This document shows, piece by piece, positions 49,383 through 52,959 of a stretch of DNA of 52,959 bases (the stretch's first letter is position 1; each line of letters starts with the position of its first letter). The DNA is taken from the IMG/VR virus record IMGVR_UViG_3300033433_000003, positions 1 to 52,959 of that record; one strand, written 5' to 3'. A program made the position numbers and the translations under genes. The stretch is from a virus. Lineage: Duplodnaviria; Caudoviricetes. Under the pieces are notes generated by a model. The model was not told where the DNA came from. It saw nothing but the letters and a program-made list of their open reading frames with translations, and searched no databases.

Positions 49383-49808
49383 TCAGTCAGGAGTTATGCT
49401 TTCCAACATAGCAGAGTAGTTCATAAGGTCATGCGCTGAATCCTTGTGTCCTCCTTCATCCAAAGAGGCGCAATATCGCATGAGCTTGGTGACGATCTGT
49501 ACGATTACTCCAAGTTTGGTGGCAGAAGTGATTGCCATATCATTGGTATCAATATGTATGCCTTGCGGGAAAAGTGCCATCATCACAGGTCCGAACTGCT
49601 TGTATACATCACCGTACTTATCGCCATACTGCATTCGACGACCCATGAGCGTTTCTATTCCACCTTTGAGAGTTTTTTCAATCTCCGAAAGCTCCATTTG
49701 CCCGATAGTGCTTTGAATGTATCCTGGATCTGTAAAATATCCCATTCCACCTTTCGGAATATCAGTTGAATGAGAATTTGCTGGAGGATCAAATGCTTTG
49801 CTTAACAT
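49383..49808 (-). CDS. DUF1599/DUF6378-like all-alpha nucleotide-modification-associated protein (start uncertain)
   Basis: R..QYGD...KLMRY...HKDSAHDLMNYSAML. Confidence 0.6.
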   Translation of the reverse strand: MLSKAFDPPANSHSTDIPKGGMGYFTDPGYIQSTIGQMELSEIEKTLKGGIETLMGRRMQYGDKYGDVYKQFGPVMMALFPQGIHIDTNDMAITSATKLGVIVQIVTKLMRYCASLDEGGHKDSAHDLMNYSAMLESITPD

Positions 49809-49861
49809 AATTCTTTTGTCTTTTAGAGTTTTGATTATCTCTTCTTCTGTCGGTATATCTA

Positions 49862-50368
49862 TTATGAATACCCTTTTACGAGCTGAGTCATCAGCGCCAG
49901 GTTTCGTTCGACGATGCCGATAATTACGCCCATATGGACTTGGAGTTGCCATGCTACCTCTCTGTTTTTTTCATAGTAAGGATTATTGACCAGCGTGCGA
50001 ATTGTTTCCTCTGTCCAGAAACTTTTGTGGTCAAGGTCTTGATATGCAATCATTCCGAGCCTATGTGGCACGACGATGTTCAGGGTTCCGCCGACAACCA
50101 AAACTCTTTCGCATTCCTTCAGAATTCTGATTGCATCTTCTCCGGTGAGATGTTCAAAGAAATGGAATGCCCAAATTGTGTCCATCGATTCACTCGGGTA
50201 TGGTATGTTTGACGTTACAGCGTCCCAATCTGGCCAATCGATGTTTTCGCAGTTTGGAAGCTTGTTTGCTCCACAACCGAGATTCAGCTGGTATTTACCT
50301 GGCTCAATAAGCTCAGGAATATCACGTTTCATTCCAAGCTTAAAAAATTCGTTGATGTTAAATGACAT
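49862..50368 (-). CDS. class I SAM-dependent methyltransferase (type 11-like)
   Basis: LNLGCG, HFFEHL, RVL..GG.L.IVVP, DLDHK. Confidence 0.85.
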   Translation of the reverse strand: MSFNINEFFKLGMKRDIPELIEPGKYQLNLGCGANKLPNCENIDWPDWDAVTSNIPYPSESMDTIWAFHFFEHLTGEDAIRILKECERVLVVGGTLNIVVPHRLGMIAYQDLDHKSFWTEETIRTLVNNPYYEKNREVAWQLQVHMGVIIGIVERNLALMTQLVKGYS

Positions 50369-50804
50369 TTTTGTTTATTCTTTTCATTGTTTGCTGAATG
50401 CCCTGCTTTTTGTACATCTCAAGAACGATGGCCCTATCATCGTAAGCCATATCTATTACTGCACCGGGATTGGCCTCCAAGAACATTTTTAGGAAATGCA
50501 TTTTCAGAATATGGCTTGGCATCTTGTTGCCATTCGGCCTCATATATACCAAATCTGTATTTATGTTATTCTTTGCAAGCCAAAGTTTTGTTGCAAGAAT
50601 ATACTTGATTGGTCTGCCAGTGAATATCACTACGTTTTCGGGGAAAGGAATATCTGGATACCAATTGAAATCATCTATGCCACACCCGCTGTGATAAGCC
50701 TCAAGCTTTTTGTTCCTGCTAAAACTATTTGTATCACCAAGCCAATGCTGCCTCCATCCATCATTTGAAATGCAGTTGTCGAGATCAAGTATAGTGTAAT
50801 TCAT
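50358..50804 (-). CDS. HAD-family phosphatase (PNKP 3'-phosphatase-like)
   Basis: DLDNC, FTGRP, MRP...K, YDDR. Confidence 0.85.
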   Translation of the reverse strand: MNYTILDLDNCISNDGWRQHWLGDTNSFSRNKKLEAYHSGCGIDDFNWYPDIPFPENVVIFTGRPIKYILATKLWLAKNNINTDLVYMRPNGNKMPSHILKMHFLKMFLEANPGAVIDMAYDDRAIVLEMYKKQGIQQTMKRINKNVI

Positions 50805-50837
50805 AACTTCTTCATTCTGATTGGGGATAATGAACTC

Positions 50838-51140
50838 TCAATGTACATAAGTCTTCAAGTTGAATTGATAAATCAAATAGTCAGGATTTCTTTTTTTGAT
50901 AGTTCCTATCTTGGTAAGCGTCTTTCCTTTGTAAACGCAACAAGGAAGTCTATCGCCAAAAAGTTGATCTGTTACGTATTTTATAGATTCAACTATCATC
51001 CTTTCGTGTCCATCAAAAATTATGTCTCCGACCTTTATGGTGTTATTTGAAAAGGCATACTCTTTTGCAATCAAATTCCTTTCCAAATCAAACTTTGCTG
51101 TTAAAGCTTTTTTCTTCGCAATGTACTCGATTGTTGTCAT
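50838..51140 (-). CDS. hypothetical protein
   Basis: Coupled to the thyX stop. Confidence 0.65.
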   Translation of the reverse strand: MTTIEYIAKKKALTAKFDLERNLIAKEYAFSNNTIKVGDIIFDGHERMIVESIKYVTDQLFGDRLPCCVYKGKTLTKIGTIKKRNPDYLIYQFNLKTYVH

Positions 51141-51859
51141 CAGAACTCCTTTCTCATTTTGTCGACGATTTTCAAAAGCTCACCTCTTTCCTTGAGATCG
51201 TGAAATTTTTGTTTTGCGTACTCTTCGATCTGATTGAAGTAGTCACGCTTTTTTGAGAACAGGAACTTTTCGGCCCAAGGGTGTTCAGCAAGTACAGCTT
51301 CTGTCAATTTTGATACAACCTGCTGATATTCATCCTGAGTCCTTCCACCGCTCCTGGACTTCACGATATCAGAAATGGTTCTCAGATTGAAGTTGCAAAA
51401 AATATTCGTGCTGATATTTGTTGGAAGAATACCTCTGGCATCTTCCGGTTGCTGACCGCAATCTTCAACAAGCCTTTTGTAAAGGTGCTGTGTGATTCTT
51501 TTATGCCACCTTATAAGTCTCATTGCCTCTTCAGACTTCATGTTTCCTTCGGTAAAGATGTAATCGAACTCAGACTGGTTCGTCACTCTCATTGTCTGTT
51601 GGGCATACGAGGCTGTTCGAGTGCGAACCTGCTGGTGAGTATAGGCGCGTGATACACCTTCGATCAGCAAATTGTAATTCACAAACTCCCACGCACTTGG
51701 CACAGTATTGGCTATATAATCCAGATTGGCCTCAAGAGTTGACTCATGCATTTCCATTATCGCATTCCATGTGAAAGGCGTAAGTTCAAGTCGAGTTGAC
51801 TTTGCAAAAATCAGCGTTTGCGCGGCGTTCGGCGTACAGTTGATAAGTGTTACTTGCAT
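51140..51859 (-). CDS. thyX: flavin-dependent thymidylate synthase-like protein (divergent)
   Basis: IEGVSRAYTHQQVRTRTASYAQQTMR, EDARGILP, NLRT, R...Q.E. Confidence 0.85.
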   Translation of the reverse strand: MQVTLINCTPNAAQTLIFAKSTRLELTPFTWNAIMEMHESTLEANLDYIANTVPSAWEFVNYNLLIEGVSRAYTHQQVRTRTASYAQQTMRVTNQSEFDYIFTEGNMKSEEAMRLIRWHKRITQHLYKRLVEDCGQQPEDARGILPTNISTNIFCNFNLRTISDIVKSRSGGRTQDEYQQVVSKLTEAVLAEHPWAEKFLFSKKRDYFNQIEEYAKQKFHDLKERGELLKIVDKMRKEF

Positions 51860-52119
51860 CAGTTCTCCATTGCTTTCATGAATTTTCTGAGCTTTTCATC
51901 ATTTTCTTCTGCAATTTCTCTCAATGTCTTATATGCAACGTCAAGAACTAATTTCAGACATCCGAATGGAACTCCGGTCAATGCTGATTTCAGCATACAC
52001 CTATTGTGATATTTATTGTTTGTTGTAGTAGATGCTTGTCTGATAAGCATCAATATGCAAATTGGAATGCCAGGCTGATGGATGGATGAAACAGGGCCGA
52101 GGAACGGGGCGTTTTTCAT
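51859..52119 (-). CDS. hypothetical protein
   Basis: TGATG coupling to thyX; start uncertain. Confidence 0.45.
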   Translation of the reverse strand: MKNAPFLGPVSSIHQPGIPICILMLIRQASTTTNNKYHNRCMLKSALTGVPFGCLKLVLDVAYKTLREIAEENDEKLRKFMKAMEN

Positions 52120-52162
52120 GGCAGGATGTAGTTTTAAGTTTTATCGTCAAAAATCAACTTCG

Positions 52163-52235
52163 TAAGCGATGCGGGGTTCGAACCCGCGACCTCCTGCTCC
52201 CAAAGCAGGCGCGCCACCAGCTGCGCTAATCGCTT
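52163..52235 (-). tRNA. tRNA-Pro (TGG), no encoded CCA
   Basis: Cloverleaf: AAGCGAT/ATCGCTT acceptor, CCTGC-TTTGGGA-GCAGG, GGTTCGAAC T-arm. Confidence 0.92.
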
Positions 52236-52256
52236 ATAAATTCAAGTGTATCTTCG

Positions 52257-52329
52257 AGCCACCCAAGGGAATCGAACCCTCAACCTGCCGATTACAAATC
52301 CGCTGCTCTACCAATTGAGCTAAGGTGGC
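52257..52329 (-). tRNA. tRNA-Thr (TGT), no encoded CCA
   Basis: GCCACCT/GGGTGGC acceptor, TAGCTCAATTGGTAGAGC D-arm, TTTGTAA loop (one G-G mismatch in the stem), GGTTCGATT. Confidence 0.92.
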
Positions 52330-52338
52330 TGGCCAAGC

Positions 52339-52832
52339 TTAGTTAAAAGCTTTGGTGACGGAAAGCTTGCTCATGATGCAGCTTCCGAGGTCCAGGTTGA
52401 TGTTATCCATCGGCTGATTATAGACATAGTCTGCCTGCAAGGACAGATCGAAGCCTTTCAGCTTTTTCGTCACTTTCAGGCCGCCGTCAAGTACCATAGC
52501 GTTGTTCGTTTCGCCATCCATCTTTGCGATGTTCTGACCGATACCGATGATCATACTGAAACCTTCGCCAATCGGCGCTTCATAGGTCGGCATGATCTGA
52601 TATACCACGATGTCGTGCGTCTCATTTCCCATGCTGGCACTCGCAGGGACATTCTGGCTTGGCACGCCGGGCGTTCCGTCGATCACGGTGGTCGGAGTTT
52701 CGGCGGTGTAGCCTGAGGGAGTTACCGACGCGATGCATCGATTGTTCCTGCTACCAACATAGTGTATCTGCTCAGGGTAGTACGATGACGGCGAACCGGG
52801 AATGACGATCGGTGACGTTCCGGGCTGCTCAG
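52339..52832 (-). CDS. 3' part of the junction-spanning outer-membrane beta-barrel-like gene
   Basis: In frame with 268..1; alternating amphipathic strands; ends SKLSVTKAFN. Confidence 0.8.
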
Positions 52833-52959
52833 GAGTGTAAAGACCAGGATTGAAGGAGAGAGTCGAAAAGGAGACTGTGTTGACAGTTCTGGTGACGTTG
52901 AGGCCAAAGCCTTTGCCGAATCCGAGCTTGATTCCGTAGCCGATACCATAGTCGATGTC

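Noticed and set aside
49862-50368. DNA methyltransferase
   Set aside because: It lacks DPPY/NPPY or PC motifs and resembles small-molecule/sugar methyltransferases.
52833-52959. Terminal 127-bp repeat as a biological direct terminal repeat
   Set aside because: It lies mid-gene and 127 is a common assembler k-mer length, so it is best read as a circularisation overlap.
1-52959. Lysogeny module or host chromosomal flanks
   Set aside because: No integrase, repressor, ParA or housekeeping gene context was recognised.

Overview
This looks like a complete, circularly assembled ~52.8 kb tailed-phage genome; bases 1-127 repeat exactly at 52833-52959. It is siphovirus-like and apparently lytic, since I see no integrase or repressor. 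Three blocks are visible. (i) A leftward replication/nucleotide arm carries an SNF2-like helicase, VRR-NUC, DnaE, DnaQ-like exonuclease, DUF1599/DUF6378-like protein, SAM methyltransferase, HAD phosphatase, a divergent ThyX and two tRNAs. It continues across the contig junction through a signal-peptide beta-barrel gene, DUF932, a nucleotidyltransferase and a flavoprotein. (ii) A rightward SSB / prim-pol-helicase / MazG block is followed by small early genes behind a repeated TATATT promoter motif. (iii) A rightward packaging, head, tail and lysis block runs from about 20750 to 43226. The most striking signal is compositional. The ~670 bp at 19824-20494 cover one whole gene with its promoter and terminator and contain no TGA/TGG/TGT or TCA/CCA/ACA; every TG is TGC and every CA is GCA. 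The gene's paralog has Trp at two positions where this gene has Tyr. The same words are missing from most early promoters and from several ~70 bp periodic elements, are packed densely into an adjacent 11-bp satellite, and include the codons read by the two phage tRNAs. Together with the nucleotide-modification gene set, this suggests (inference) a sequence-specific DNA hypermodification with deliberately modification-free islands. All family assignments are by eye from motifs; no database searches were run.
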